Below, piece after piece: positions 30,301-39,228 of a stretch of DNA of 64,000 nt. The notes beneath the pieces are model-generated. The model was not told the DNA's origin, did not search any database, and worked only from the letters and a program-made list of their open reading frames with translations. Origin of the DNA: a virus (Duplodnaviria > Heunggongvirae > Uroviricota > Caudoviricetes); IMG/VR virus record IMGVR_UViG_2648501839_000008, one strand, 5' to 3'. A program made the translations under genes and the position numbers. Each line of letters begins with the position of its first letter. The first letter of the stretch is position 1.

Positions 30301-30822
30301 GTTGTCTTTTCCACCCGCTGTAATCAGTGAGCTTATGATTTTTGCAAAATCGTTGCGTTGGAACACGCTACCGATGTCGGCAGTGAGCAGGATGATGTTG
30401 CCTTTGGCATATGTAGAAACCAACTGTTCGAGCGAGAGACGCGGTACAAAGTAGAACTGTTCTCGTGTGTTGGCCGCCGTCATTAGTTCGCAGATGTCTC
30501 GATATCCCTGCTCATTTTTAATTAGAGCGGTAAAGGAGTAGTTCCGCCCACGCTCTAATGATTCCATACATCCCATAGACTCTTTAGCAAGTTTAGCCCG
30601 GTGCTCGTATGTGGGATCATCAACAATGTTTAGTTTCACACCACAAATAACCGCCATGTCGTCACCAGCGGCACGTTGTAGTGGAATAACACTCGCAATA
30701 TTCATGCTATCTGCCGAAATTACAGCGGTGTAGCCAGCTTCTCTGGCAATCTTCACCGCGTTTTCTGCTTTTAGAGCCGACTCCCCAAGAGAGAAGTCAG
30801 TTCGAACCATCAGAGCCTTCAT
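27304..30822 (-). CDS. dnaE: DNA polymerase III alpha subunit (DnaE-type)
   Basis: 1172 aa; GPGRGSSAGSLVAWCIGIT, LLFERFINPERLDLPDADLDF and other blocks colinear with bacterial DnaE. Confidence 0.95.
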   Translation of the reverse strand: MKALMVRTDFSLGESALKAENAVKIAREAGYTAVISADSMNIASVIPLQRAAGDDMAVICGVKLNIVDDPTYEHRAKLAKESMGCMESLERGRNYSFTALIKNEQGYRDICELMTAANTREQFYFVPRLSLEQLVSTYAKGNIILLTADIGSVFQRNDFAKIISSLITAGGKDNFYSVVYPHPTPFYDQINVRAMKVASALKIEPVAFYPAYYESIDDADIKDIAHMVTNNIKIDQPHRLRIPHQRDNAVNGRRHLLEALKAFSVRMDVPVTAAMASTTQDTIIDACTWRWHELPPALPKMADDEPATLMKLAVAGLRKRLTTKEFGYTPPASENRVYVERLKYEMDTLTRLGFCGYFLMVRDLMNHSRETGIPVGPGRGSSAGSLVAWCIGITNVDPIRHGLLFERFINPERLDLPDADLDFSQARRHEVIEYLNERYGEDYVAGIPNFTYLGAASALRDTARIYGVESADMAVSKELKNVEDDSLPLEELREQLASLDKYATKYPDAFNAACKLQSLMRGYGRHAAGMIVAGVPLTERTPVERRGDARCIAFDKRYCEAMGLIKLDVLGLATLDLLDSAKRYIKENTGEDINLDAISLEDRKVLDGFAAGYTQGVFQLESGPMRKLLKDLGGGIEPMSFKTVVATTALFRPGPIQSGMLDDYVSVAKGFMTPESLHPVLDELTAETNGVILYQEQTMNATRLLAGFTMAEADGVRKAIGKKDMEKMKSMGEKFIVQAQAGWIDVELEDGTTQRIHRAEHFKCEDGTLKTVEEALEHGAKLPINAVRVTASHPGLSEMKAKEIWTAFEKNGAYQFNKSHSVAYSLISYQSMWLKTHYPAEFFAAALTILGEDKHQGLVKDALTYGIRVLPPDVNVSSNRIEIRTLEDGSQVLYAPFSAVKGCSENGCQAIMRAREKVGGKFESLAQFEEAVEKRACNSRVRESLQKVGAFASIEPGSLPATDPERLRDQAELMGNLVIDAVKASRPFEMNPKRSAEINVLMTRMAAEMGLGDELIRPSIGIKPKIMIILDNANGNDARTGYFMENGYDDFKAKLLTAGDLRMGDLYVTGVCKKVKDKEKDYTKDEIGQFTDFMREEINLVRPTYVLTCGSRATSLFNNKSKPSDLVGRKEYLPELDVTVFYGFNPNILYFRLEEGEKLEAILAEVAETISK

Positions 30823-31000
30823 GTGTTTTTACCTTTCTGGTTTTTTTGATTTTGTCATTGGGGAAGCCTACGAACTTCCCATACATCGAAATCGCAACTT
30901 CTTTTGCTGATTGGTGACAATCGGGCTTGTCTGGACACACCAGGCAAGCCTTGCCAGTTTCAGAAGCAGCGATAAGAGAGCCGAAACATCCTTTACGCAC
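30797..31000 (-). CDS. Small Cys-rich hypothetical protein
   Basis: 67-aa ORF with four Cys (possible zinc ribbon), overlapping the dnaE start. Confidence 0.4.
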   Translation of the reverse strand: MRKGCFGSLIAASETGKACLVCPDKPDCHQSAKEVAISMYGKFVGFPNDKIKKTRKVKTHEGSDGSN

Positions 31001-31002
31001 GA

Positions 31003-32238
31003 TTAACCAAATATTTTTTGAACAACTTCACGTGCCGCTTGCGCAGAAGCTGAAGGGAGTTTGTTAATGAAAGAACGCTCAATACCTGTCACAAAGTCGC
31101 CTCGCATCATTCCAATCTTGGCCGACAACAAAAGTTCACGAGGGCCAATCGGCTGACTGATCAGGTGTTCTTCGTATCCATCGCGAACGATACCGGCAAA
31201 CTTAACCATCTTTTCAGCGTATTCATCCACGATGCCAGCATTTATCAACATGCTGATCTCTGCCTCTTTGCTCATGTATTTCACATTCGAAACGATGCCA
31301 AAACGCGAAAAGTTAGCGGCGTTCTGGATGTTTGTACCCTGGTACAAGCCGGTTTCATCACCAGATCCGTTCGTGTTGCCAGTGCCAATGAAAGCAAACC
31401 GTTCATGCGGAGTAATGCGACGCCATTCTGGAGTCGCCTCTTTGATGACCAACGCTTCACCTTCCAGCACTGGCTGATACACGCCAAGAATCTGTGGAAA
31501 CGCAAAGTCGTATTCATCCGCGAGGTAAACCCAGCCATGCTTCATTGCGAGCGCAAGCAAGCCAGGCTCGAAATACGTAGAGCCATCACGCGCCAGAATT
31601 TGTCCCGTAACATGAGCCTCTTCCATTGATGCTGTATGTTGGGCACGGATTAACGGACGATTGAGCAAAGCACATAGTTGTGTAGGCAATGAAGATTTGC
31701 CTGTTCCTGCATGACCCCACAAATAGCCTGGTATGCCAAGTTCAAGCATCATGAAAATGTCTTTGATCAGTTCGAAGTCGCCATATACGTATCCCTTCTT
31801 CACTTCTGGAACGAACTCTGGAAACGGCGTATTGACGTTGACGCTAACCATGAGCGGCGTCCCACGTTTTGTTCCGAGTTCTTTCACCGTTACATTTAGC
31901 AGTTCGTGAGCTGCGACCAGATCTGTCTTGTACTCAACTGTGCCTGTATAGCCTGGGCTATTGGTCACGCCAGATGATTTGGCCATTTCGCTTTTTTGCT
32001 CGGCACGTTTAGCTTGAATTGCATCAAGTGCCTTTTTCGATAGCGTTGGCTCATCTGGAAACTGCGTTGTGTACATTTTCAGTACGGTGTCAGGATCGGC
32101 ATCTTTTACTGACTCAGGAATGCCCTCGCAATTACCATTGGCTACATGGGACTTAAAATAGTGAAATGATTTTCCGCACCACTTGCAAACAAGGTAATCA
32201 GAAGGATTTTTTTCATTTTGCAGTGCAGTAGTAGTCAT
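31003..32238 (-). CDS. AAA+ ATPase, MoxR/CbbQ-like (phage CobS-like)
   Basis: Walker A LWGHAGTGKSS with an N-terminal Cys cluster; paired with a downstream vWA protein. Confidence 0.8.
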   Translation of the reverse strand: MTTTALQNEKNPSDYLVCKWCGKSFHYFKSHVANGNCEGIPESVKDADPDTVLKMYTTQFPDEPTLSKKALDAIQAKRAEQKSEMAKSSGVTNSPGYTGTVEYKTDLVAAHELLNVTVKELGTKRGTPLMVSVNVNTPFPEFVPEVKKGYVYGDFELIKDIFMMLELGIPGYLWGHAGTGKSSLPTQLCALLNRPLIRAQHTASMEEAHVTGQILARDGSTYFEPGLLALAMKHGWVYLADEYDFAFPQILGVYQPVLEGEALVIKEATPEWRRITPHERFAFIGTGNTNGSGDETGLYQGTNIQNAANFSRFGIVSNVKYMSKEAEISMLINAGIVDEYAEKMVKFAGIVRDGYEEHLISQPIGPRELLLSAKIGMMRGDFVTGIERSFINKLPSASAQAAREVVQKIFG

Positions 32239-32333
32239 GCGTTTTTCCTTTGTTTTCTAATGAGCTTTCAACTTCTTATATAAATATACCATCAAATATC
32301 GTAAGTGATTACTTATCATTAAGGCTATTCTAA

Positions 32334-34442
32334 TCACTTCAAAATGATACGAGATAGTTCAGTAACTACAGATGAACCAAGACTATCAACGCTCGTTACT
32401 AGGGCATGGTTTGCGTAAAATCTCTCCGGTGCGTCAGTCATGATGCCAATTGCCATCAAATCAATGTCAGTCTGCGTTTCAATTTGCTTCGCAACCGAAC
32501 GCAAATGAGCGTCAAAACCTCTCCCAACAGCCCACGGCGCGCCATCGCTTAGAACAAGCATGATCTTCTTGTCCTCCATGCGACCAGAAAATAACGATGC
32601 AAGGCTGGCTATGCTTTCACCATCCACGTTATTAAGAAGTGGGAATGTGTAGCCTACGCACCCCATACGTGAGCGAACTTCGCGAGAATTTGCCTTTTCA
32701 TTCCAATTTTTGATGATAGGTAGCATTAAAGATTCAAAGCGAGAGAACTCATACTTGATTGCCTTAAGCTCTCCTGCTGCCATATGACTACCAAATGTTG
32801 TGAAGCCGGTGATAATGTTGGGAACATTTATTCGATCAAGCGCATCGGCGATGGTATATGCACTTGCAAGAGCCAGTTTAATCGTTTCGCCGCTCATTGA
32901 ACCTGATAAATCAATCACTTGTTGAACACAGGCGTTAACGGCCTTAGATTCTTCTTTTTTACGAAACACGCGATCATCATTCATTGCTAATCTGTAGATA
33001 CTAGAACCATGAATGCGCCCCCGACGCTGGCCCGGTATAAACTGAACTCTGTTTCTGCTTGCAATTGCACGCTCCAGGTCTTTTGCCAGCGTCGACGAAA
33101 CACCTGACGAAAGATGCTTTTCAATATATTTGTCGAAGAGTTGGTTGCCTTCAGGAACGATGCGATAACGGCTGATTGGATATCCACCTAAATCAATATC
33201 GGAGAATGTTTTAATAAGCCGTTTGATATGGGCTTCTGCCTGATCAATCGAACCGATGAAGTCGTATGAGCGATTGTATGGCCTGTATTCGCTTTTCGAG
33301 CTTTCTGTTAACTCGCTTTTAATCGTTTCGGATAGTGCATCTTCTGTCATGCCTCCGACTTCATCTTCCATGCTATCAAGCTCCTCTAAAGCCTCTTCCA
33401 GACTCATTTTGGACGGAGTGGGAATGTCTGAAGAGCCGTCTTCTGCCGTTTTTCTTTTTTCGTGATCCGAGGTAGTTGCTTCTGTCGTCGCGCTATTGGA
33501 AGTATCAGAATCTAATACCTCTTTATCATTTTTTGTATCATCGAATATTGTTTCTGATGATTCAGAATTATCTGAATCATCACTATCGTTATCATCATGT
33601 ATGTACTTACCGTGTGACCCATCATCTATAGATATGTGGTTATCTAGCATCTCATGTGTCTTGTGATCTTCATTGTCTTCATTACTTTCTCCAGAGGAAT
33701 CCGCTTGGTCAGCGTCTGAAGGATCGGGAGTTTTTCCCGGAGCTGACTCCTTACCTTTGCTTTCACTTTCTGTGTCTTTGAGGATCTTAGCTATGGTCGC
33801 AGCCACCTTTAAACAATCCTCGGTGCAAGACATGTTACGCACGGCCACATCGATACCATGTTCTTTTAATAATGAAATTGGTTTCTCAATGACAGGCCAG
33901 TATTCATCCATGAAATCTACGAACGGTGCTTGGCCATCCCAGGCTCTTACAACCGGACAGAGAAAGAAGTTTAGAAAAAGCGCGCGCTGATCTTTGCCAC
34001 AATAAGTAATAGCCTCTGAAGCCTTTGGTTTAAAGACTTTTTCGATTATCAGGCGCTGAGTTGCCATCAGATTACGTCTTGTTCCGTTAAAGACCTGCCC
34101 CATTTTTCGCTCGATGAACACGTCTTCTAAGGCATTCCATAGTGACCAGGAAGGGACGTGTCCTTTTTCTCTCATTTTGTTGGACACATGAATATCGGTA
34201 AACAAAATGTGAGCAACTTCATGATCTAGAAATCCGCGTACTGCATTCATCAATGCCGGTGTTGCGTTATCTGGGATTGATGGGATGTTTACGAGAATTG
34301 GCTCTCCATCATCGTTATAGCGTACATAAGCGTCGTCCCCTCGTTCTGCAACAGGGATGTTTTTACCTGAAAGGAGAGCGACTACTCGTTTTACACTGTC
34401 ACGGAAGTCCTGAACCTCTTTGATGGAACGTTTTTTGGACAT
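32334..34442 (-). CDS. von Willebrand factor A domain protein (phage CobT-like) with a long acidic low-complexity insert
   Basis: C-terminal vWA with MIDAS motif DLSGSMSG; a D/E/S-rich disordered stretch of roughly 150 residues in the middle. Confidence 0.75.
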   Translation of the reverse strand: MSKKRSIKEVQDFRDSVKRVVALLSGKNIPVAERGDDAYVRYNDDGEPILVNIPSIPDNATPALMNAVRGFLDHEVAHILFTDIHVSNKMREKGHVPSWSLWNALEDVFIERKMGQVFNGTRRNLMATQRLIIEKVFKPKASEAITYCGKDQRALFLNFFLCPVVRAWDGQAPFVDFMDEYWPVIEKPISLLKEHGIDVAVRNMSCTEDCLKVAATIAKILKDTESESKGKESAPGKTPDPSDADQADSSGESNEDNEDHKTHEMLDNHISIDDGSHGKYIHDDNDSDDSDNSESSETIFDDTKNDKEVLDSDTSNSATTEATTSDHEKRKTAEDGSSDIPTPSKMSLEEALEELDSMEDEVGGMTEDALSETIKSELTESSKSEYRPYNRSYDFIGSIDQAEAHIKRLIKTFSDIDLGGYPISRYRIVPEGNQLFDKYIEKHLSSGVSSTLAKDLERAIASRNRVQFIPGQRRGRIHGSSIYRLAMNDDRVFRKKEESKAVNACVQQVIDLSGSMSGETIKLALASAYTIADALDRINVPNIITGFTTFGSHMAAGELKAIKYEFSRFESLMLPIIKNWNEKANSREVRSRMGCVGYTFPLLNNVDGESIASLASLFSGRMEDKKIMLVLSDGAPWAVGRGFDAHLRSVAKQIETQTDIDLMAIGIMTDAPERFYANHALVTSVDSLGSSVVTELSRIILK

Positions 34443-34540
34443 GGCTAATCCTTTGTTATGAAAACAAATTATTTACTAGTGTGTTTAATGTAGCACTGCG
34501 CGAACAGGGAACTAAGCCATTCGCGCAGGTAGAAGAGGGA

Positions 34541-34753
34541 TTAACAGGTTCTGACGGCTAAAGACCCGGAGCCGGTATTGATAAGCGTGAAGCGTTTGTT
34601 GTTAAGTTCGAATATAAAGCCAGTTGTGTCATTCACACCAACCTCAATCTGCTCATTCGGTAGCTCGGTGAGGATGTCAGCTACACACTCATCAGCTAAT
34701 TTTTGTACGTGTCCGATCTCAAGAGCTATTAGGCTGGAAATAGTGGTGTTCAT
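34541..34753 (-). CDS. Hypothetical protein
   Basis: 70-aa ORF. Confidence 0.45.
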   Translation of the reverse strand: MNTTISSLIALEIGHVQKLADECVADILTELPNEQIEVGVNDTTGFIFELNNKRFTLINTGSGSLAVRTC

Positions 34754-35004
34754 TCAATCAATCCATTCTTACTTATACTATTGTAAGGAATACTACTAAA
34801 ATTTATATCAATACTGAATACATCCATATTAGATGCAAGTTAATTTTCTTACCTATTTGGGGCTAGTTTTTCACCATGCATTGGTCTTCGTCCGGTCTTT
34901 AAAGTGCCTGCCGAAAAAAATGATAATAGCTTTACAACCCTAACCTTTGATGTAATATCGGTAAGCACTTACCAGAGAGAATTGAACGCGCAAAGGTTGT
35001 AACA

Positions 35005-35391
35005 ATGTCTGACAACAAGATTGAATTTATAGAAAGTCGCTACGCTGCTTTTATCGCAGGGTTGATTGAATCCTCACCTATGAGCCAGGCCCAGATAGCC
35101 AAAACAATTGGGTATAAAAACGCCAACAACCTTTCTTTAATTAAAAGCGGCAAAATTCCTTTGCCTATCGATAAGGTTCGTCCGCTGGCGCTGGCACTGG
35201 GTATTGAGCCAAGTCGTCTTATGATGATGGTGCTGGAAGAACGCCAACCCGAACTCGCAGCATTTTTATACAAAGAAGGCACTGCTCCTCTTAACGAGGA
35301 CGAAAAACAGGTTCTTGCTGCATATAACGAGCGATTCGGTAAAGAGAAAGGCGCATCACAAAAGGTTGTTGAGGCCATAAAGTCTCTATGA
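35005..35391 (+). CDS. HTH XRE-family DNA-binding protein
   Basis: SQAQIAKTIGYKNANNLSLIKSGK helix-turn-helix; convergent with and slightly overlapping the tyrosine recombinase gene. Confidence 0.7.
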   Translation: MSDNKIEFIESRYAAFIAGLIESSPMSQAQIAKTIGYKNANNLSLIKSGKIPLPIDKVRPLALALGIEPSRLMMMVLEERQPELAAFLYKEGTAPLNEDEKQVLAAYNERFGKEKGASQKVVEAIKSL

Positions 35392-36489
35392 AAAATTTAC
35401 ACGAATAAGCTCTGTCGATAGACGATCTCCCTTGAATTTGTGGTCAATTTCGTCTAAATCCGGTTGCTCTACGATTGATGCGATGTACGTCGAGAAACTT
35501 TCTAAGGCGTCTCGCATCTCGTCCATATAATCGTGCCGGTCGTAGACCCGATCTATCCCCTCAAGACTGTGGTTCATGATTTTACGTGATACCTCCTGGC
35601 TTATGCCTAATGCTGGGAAGTAACTACGCGCAGTACGACGCAAATCTCGTGGTGTAAATGGCTCAAGCTCCATCAGTTCTGGTCGTTCCAGGATACGGCG
35701 TAATGCCTGGGCTATTGCCACTTTAGACATCGGAAGATCTTTCCCGATTTTTTTATTCGAAGGCACAAGCCACTGGCTGCCTTTACCATATTCGAATAAC
35801 TCTTCAATGCATGTGCGCATTAATGTGCTTAAAGGCAGAGAATGCTCACGGGCTGATTTGTTTCTCTTGCCTTGATTCCAAACCCCACGCTGGAGGTTGA
35901 ACTCACTTTTTTTAGCCCGCAGTACTTCGTCAGGTCGTCTTGCGGATACAAGACATAGCCTGGCCGCCCATTTTGTACCAGCACACACATTGAAGTAGTC
36001 CCATATATTCCAGAACACCCATACCTCTGCGTCGGTTAGCTTCCGCTCGCGAGGTGTGGGCTTTGCGCCACCGGCAACTTTGTTAAGTGACATATCGTTT
36101 AACGGTGACACGTCGATCATCCCCTGGAAGGCGCACCAGCTGAGGAACTGCTTCATCAGAGAGAAAACGCGGCGACCCATAACAATTTTGCCATCCAGTA
36201 TTAGTGGGTTGACCAGTTGGTTCACCATGAACCTATTAATATCACTTACTTTTACATCGGCAATGTGCGGCAAAACATGTATCAAAATACAATGAACAGC
36301 GATCTCTGGCCGACGTCTTGTTATCAGCAGAGATAAGCGAGTGAATAACATGAATGCGTCCGAGAATCTCATGTCATTGCTGACCTGGGAGATCATAACG
36401 GCCTGCATTTGAGATGCTCTTTCGAGATACTCAATCGCCTCTTTTGAGGTGTTCTCCGCAGCGCGTGCTCTGTCAAAGCTATTTTTCAT
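35386..36489 (-). CDS. Tyrosine recombinase / integrase-family protein
   Basis: C-terminal RRTARSY ... MNHSLEGIDRVYDRHDY contains the R..H..R..Y catalytic pattern. Confidence 0.8.
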   Translation of the reverse strand: MKNSFDRARAAENTSKEAIEYLERASQMQAVMISQVSNDMRFSDAFMLFTRLSLLITRRRPEIAVHCILIHVLPHIADVKVSDINRFMVNQLVNPLILDGKIVMGRRVFSLMKQFLSWCAFQGMIDVSPLNDMSLNKVAGGAKPTPRERKLTDAEVWVFWNIWDYFNVCAGTKWAARLCLVSARRPDEVLRAKKSEFNLQRGVWNQGKRNKSAREHSLPLSTLMRTCIEELFEYGKGSQWLVPSNKKIGKDLPMSKVAIAQALRRILERPELMELEPFTPRDLRRTARSYFPALGISQEVSRKIMNHSLEGIDRVYDRHDYMDEMRDALESFSTYIASIVEQPDLDEIDHKFKGDRLSTELIRVNFS

Positions 36490-36699
36490 ATGACAATCAC
36501 CGAGTTACGCCGATGCACTGTATAAGTAAACAGTATATTAGGCATAGATTCTTATAGGATCAAGAGTAAAAGTAACTCATTTTCAGTAATGATTCCATAC
36601 ATAGTAGGTATGGAATCATTTAGACGTTGTTTTTTGAATTTTAAGGGAAACAGGAGTGAGTTTGGTGGGAATAAAAACGGCTCCTGTGAGCCGTTTAAA

Positions 36700-36945
36700 T
36701 CAGAGGGTGCTGACGTATGCAGCCAGTTCTGTGTATCCGCCAATCGGTTGGCCATCGATCAGTACCTGGGGGATAGTCTCTACCGGTTTACCAACAATTT
36801 CACTAAGTTTTTCCTTGTCGATACCGGCAGTGGTGATGTCGATGTACTCATAATCACCGTAGCCATGTCCCTTTAGTTGCTTCGCCAGCTCGACCGCACG
36901 TTTGCAGTATGAGCAGTTATCTCGTCCGTAGATAGTGATCGTCAT
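36700..36945 (-). CDS. Glutaredoxin-like protein
   Basis: MTITIYGRDNCSYCK with CxxC active site; start set at ATG 36945 (GAGGT RBS) rather than track start 37023. Confidence 0.8.
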   Translation of the reverse strand: MTITIYGRDNCSYCKRAVELAKQLKGHGYGDYEYIDITTAGIDKEKLSEIVGKPVETIPQVLIDGQPIGGYTELAAYVSTL

Positions 36946-37119
36946 TGTTACCTCATAGAATTGATATGCAACTTTACTTACAAAGAAGATAGGTATGTGC
37001 ATACTTATCATTGCAGTCTGCATTATAAAGCTATTAAAGCCTCGATCAATCTATTAATTAAGGCATTGTTTGGTTAACATTACCCTAATATTTTATAGTT
37101 AGTAGAGTGAAATACATAC

Positions 37120-38382
37120 ATGCCTTTTTTAATTTTCATTATTATACTACTGCTCACCGTGATTTTTTGGGATTGGGTTGTTTTAAATGGTCAAATTGTT
37201 GGAACATTGGCTACAGCATTTGCTTTTATAGCAACAGCATGGAATGCCTACGAAGCGAGAAAAAGTGCAAAAGCAGCTTTTTCAGCCCTTCAATTAACAA
37301 CAGAATCATTGTTCGAAATGCGAAAGAGTGCATTTAAACAATGGTTTGATTCCTTATTAAATCAACATGATGAGCTATGTCTTCTTGCAAAACAAATTAT
37401 CGATAAACGCAAAGTTAATTTAAACAGCGATGAGTTACATAGACTATATTACCCATTGGTAAAACAGCATGAGGTAATACAGTATGTGAAGCATATTATT
37501 AATATTTTTGAGTATGTGGATAGTTCATTTTATATTGATGGGGAATGTCTAAAGGAAAAAAGAGCGTATGTGTCACAATTAATTTTCAAAATCCCACCTC
37601 AGATGAAGTTGATCATTGCTATCTTTGGATTAAAAATCGATTATTGTGAACATATTAATTCGGGAAAACTGTGTTGTTTATTGAATAAATATGATTTTTT
37701 CAATGATGAAATATTTTTTGATGATGCTTATTCAGATATGCCTTATCTGGATGCATTCATAAACCTTAGATTCAACAAAATATTCAAATCTCGAATGATA
37801 AATTATTTTGATAATATCATTAAAAGTTATTATGTTCCATCGGACGTTAAAAGGGACTGGATGTTTCGAAACCCAAAGCTCGTGCCGTCGGTTCTTATGA
37901 ATTATAAAACTCCTTGTTCTCCTATAATTAATGATTACTTTGAGAAGTTGCCTTTACATGTAAGAAACTACTTTGAGGAACTACTTAAAACCGCGAATGA
38001 TAGAGTTACTCATTTTGACGTTTACATCCCACGCCTTATTGGTTGTTCAATCGTGCAACATTACGAAGATGTGCCTTCCGAAAAAAACAGGTTAAATGAC
38101 AGGAATGATGTAATAGCTATGGCTGAAGATTACATCGAGAAAAGAAAATATAATCAACTGGATTACATACTTGAAGATATATACTTCAAGAGTGACGAAG
38201 ATATAATCCCTGGCCACCATTTGATTGTGGCATTTGATGACTATGAATTTAAATTATCACTCATTAAGATAAATGAGAATAAAGATAGCGATAATCTTTT
38301 AAATCGAATTTATACTGAATCCAGTAGCATGGTTAAAGAATATAAGCGCGAAATATTAAAACTGGGCGACTATGTAAAGTAA
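37120..38382 (+). CDS. Membrane-anchored hypothetical protein, candidate abortive-infection-type accessory gene
   Basis: 420 aa, very AT-rich, two N-terminal TM helices then an alpha-helical soluble region; plus-strand in a minus-strand backbone. Confidence 0.6.
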   Translation: MPFLIFIIILLLTVIFWDWVVLNGQIVGTLATAFAFIATAWNAYEARKSAKAAFSALQLTTESLFEMRKSAFKQWFDSLLNQHDELCLLAKQIIDKRKVNLNSDELHRLYYPLVKQHEVIQYVKHIINIFEYVDSSFYIDGECLKEKRAYVSQLIFKIPPQMKLIIAIFGLKIDYCEHINSGKLCCLLNKYDFFNDEIFFDDAYSDMPYLDAFINLRFNKIFKSRMINYFDNIIKSYYVPSDVKRDWMFRNPKLVPSVLMNYKTPCSPIINDYFEKLPLHVRNYFEELLKTANDRVTHFDVYIPRLIGCSIVQHYEDVPSEKNRLNDRNDVIAMAEDYIEKRKYNQLDYILEDIYFKSDEDIIPGHHLIVAFDDYEFKLSLIKINENKDSDNLLNRIYTESSSMVKEYKREILKLGDYVK

Positions 38383-38400
38383 ATTGCACTGTTCAACAAA

Positions 38401-38420
38401 AAAGGGGCCGAAGCCCCTTT
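38401..38420 (+). terminator. Rho-independent terminator of gene 37120..38382
   Basis: AAAGGGGCCGAAGCCCCTTT followed by a T-rich tract. Confidence 0.65.
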
Positions 38421-38574
38421 GAATTTTGCGCTGAAAAAAGTGTTGCTAGGATGTTAGCAAGCTATGGTTAAGAACGTCTGCCGTAATTATCTATCACAGC
38501 GTTGAGCGGTCTGGTTTATGTTAGCGGAGTCTTAATCGAGTTGATTAAAAGGCCAAACCGCTCAACGCTGTGTC

Positions 38575-38660
38575 TGGCGGAGAGTAATGGAATCGAACCA
38601 TCATCGTTTGCACAATGGGACGGTTTTCAAGACCGCTTGAGCACCATGCTCCCTACTCTC
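38575..38660 (-). tRNA. tRNA-Ser (anticodon UGA), type II with long variable arm
   Basis: Reverse complement folds by eye: acceptor GGAGAGT/ACTCTCC, anticodon loop CUUGAAA, T-loop GGTTCGATTCC, 3' GCCA. Confidence 0.6.
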
Positions 38661-38981
38661 CAGCTATTGTGATGGTCGGTGCTGAACTCCGACACAGGGT
38701 TGTAGCAAGCCCCGCAAAGCGCGCACTACTGTAGTTGCGGCACATCAGCCTGTGCATTCATCACAATGGTAAGATCACTACCTTTCGACCAGTCATTGTG
38801 CACATGAACGACGATTAACCGTAATGATATTATCGTTGTGTTGTGAAGCCAGATGCTTATCTTCTGGTTGCTTCAAAGAGCTGCACTTCCTCACAACGGT
38901 AAGAGCACTGGTCTGACTCTATCGATTTACGGCCTTGTGGGTCAGTATCGCCGATTCGCCCAATGCTCTTACCTGTTGTGT

Positions 38982-39057
38982 TGGTGCCGGTTAACGGACT
39001 TGAACCGCTGGCCATTCGCTTACAAAACGACTGCTCTACCAACTGAGCTAAACCGGC
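38982..39057 (-). tRNA. tRNA-Thr (anticodon UGU), tentative
   Basis: Reverse complement GCCGGTTTAGCTCAGTTGGTAGAGC...GGTTCAAGTCC...AACCGGCACCA; anticodon loop UUUGUAA, with one mismatch in the anticodon stem. Confidence 0.55.
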
Positions 39058-39061
39058 AATT

Positions 39062-39148
39062 TGGTGGGGAGTGATGGAGTCGAACCACCCGAGTCGCCAT
39101 GACAGTAGATTTACAGTCTACACCGCTACCTCTACGGACTAACTCCCC
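39062..39148 (-). tRNA. tRNA-Tyr (anticodon GUA), type II
   Basis: Reverse complement GGGGAGT...GTAGACTGTAAATCTAC...GGTTCGACTCC...ACTCCCCACCA. Confidence 0.6.
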
Positions 39149-39153
39149 TAAAT

Positions 39154-39228
39154 TGGCGATGGTGGGTGGATTCGAACCACCGACCAGTTGGTTAACAGCC
39201 AACTGCTCTACCGCTGAGCTACACCATC
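39154..39228 (-). tRNA. tRNA-Asn (anticodon GUU)
   Basis: Reverse complement GATGGTGTAGCTCAGCGGTAGAGC..GTTGGCTGTTAACCAAC..GGTTCGAATCC..CACCATCGCCA. Confidence 0.65.

Noticed and set aside
27716-30330. Plus-strand ORFs of 90-171 aa
   Set aside because: Antisense to dnaE; no independent support.
36589-36876. 95-aa plus-strand ORF beginning MIPYIVG
   Set aside because: Overlaps the glutaredoxin gene on the opposite strand; only the first codons (the repeated ATGATTCCATAC element) look meaningful.
38661-38890. Possible fifth tRNA between tRNA-Ser and tRNA-Thr
   Set aside because: Could not fold a cloverleaf with a canonical T-loop by eye; left uncalled pending a tRNA prediction program.
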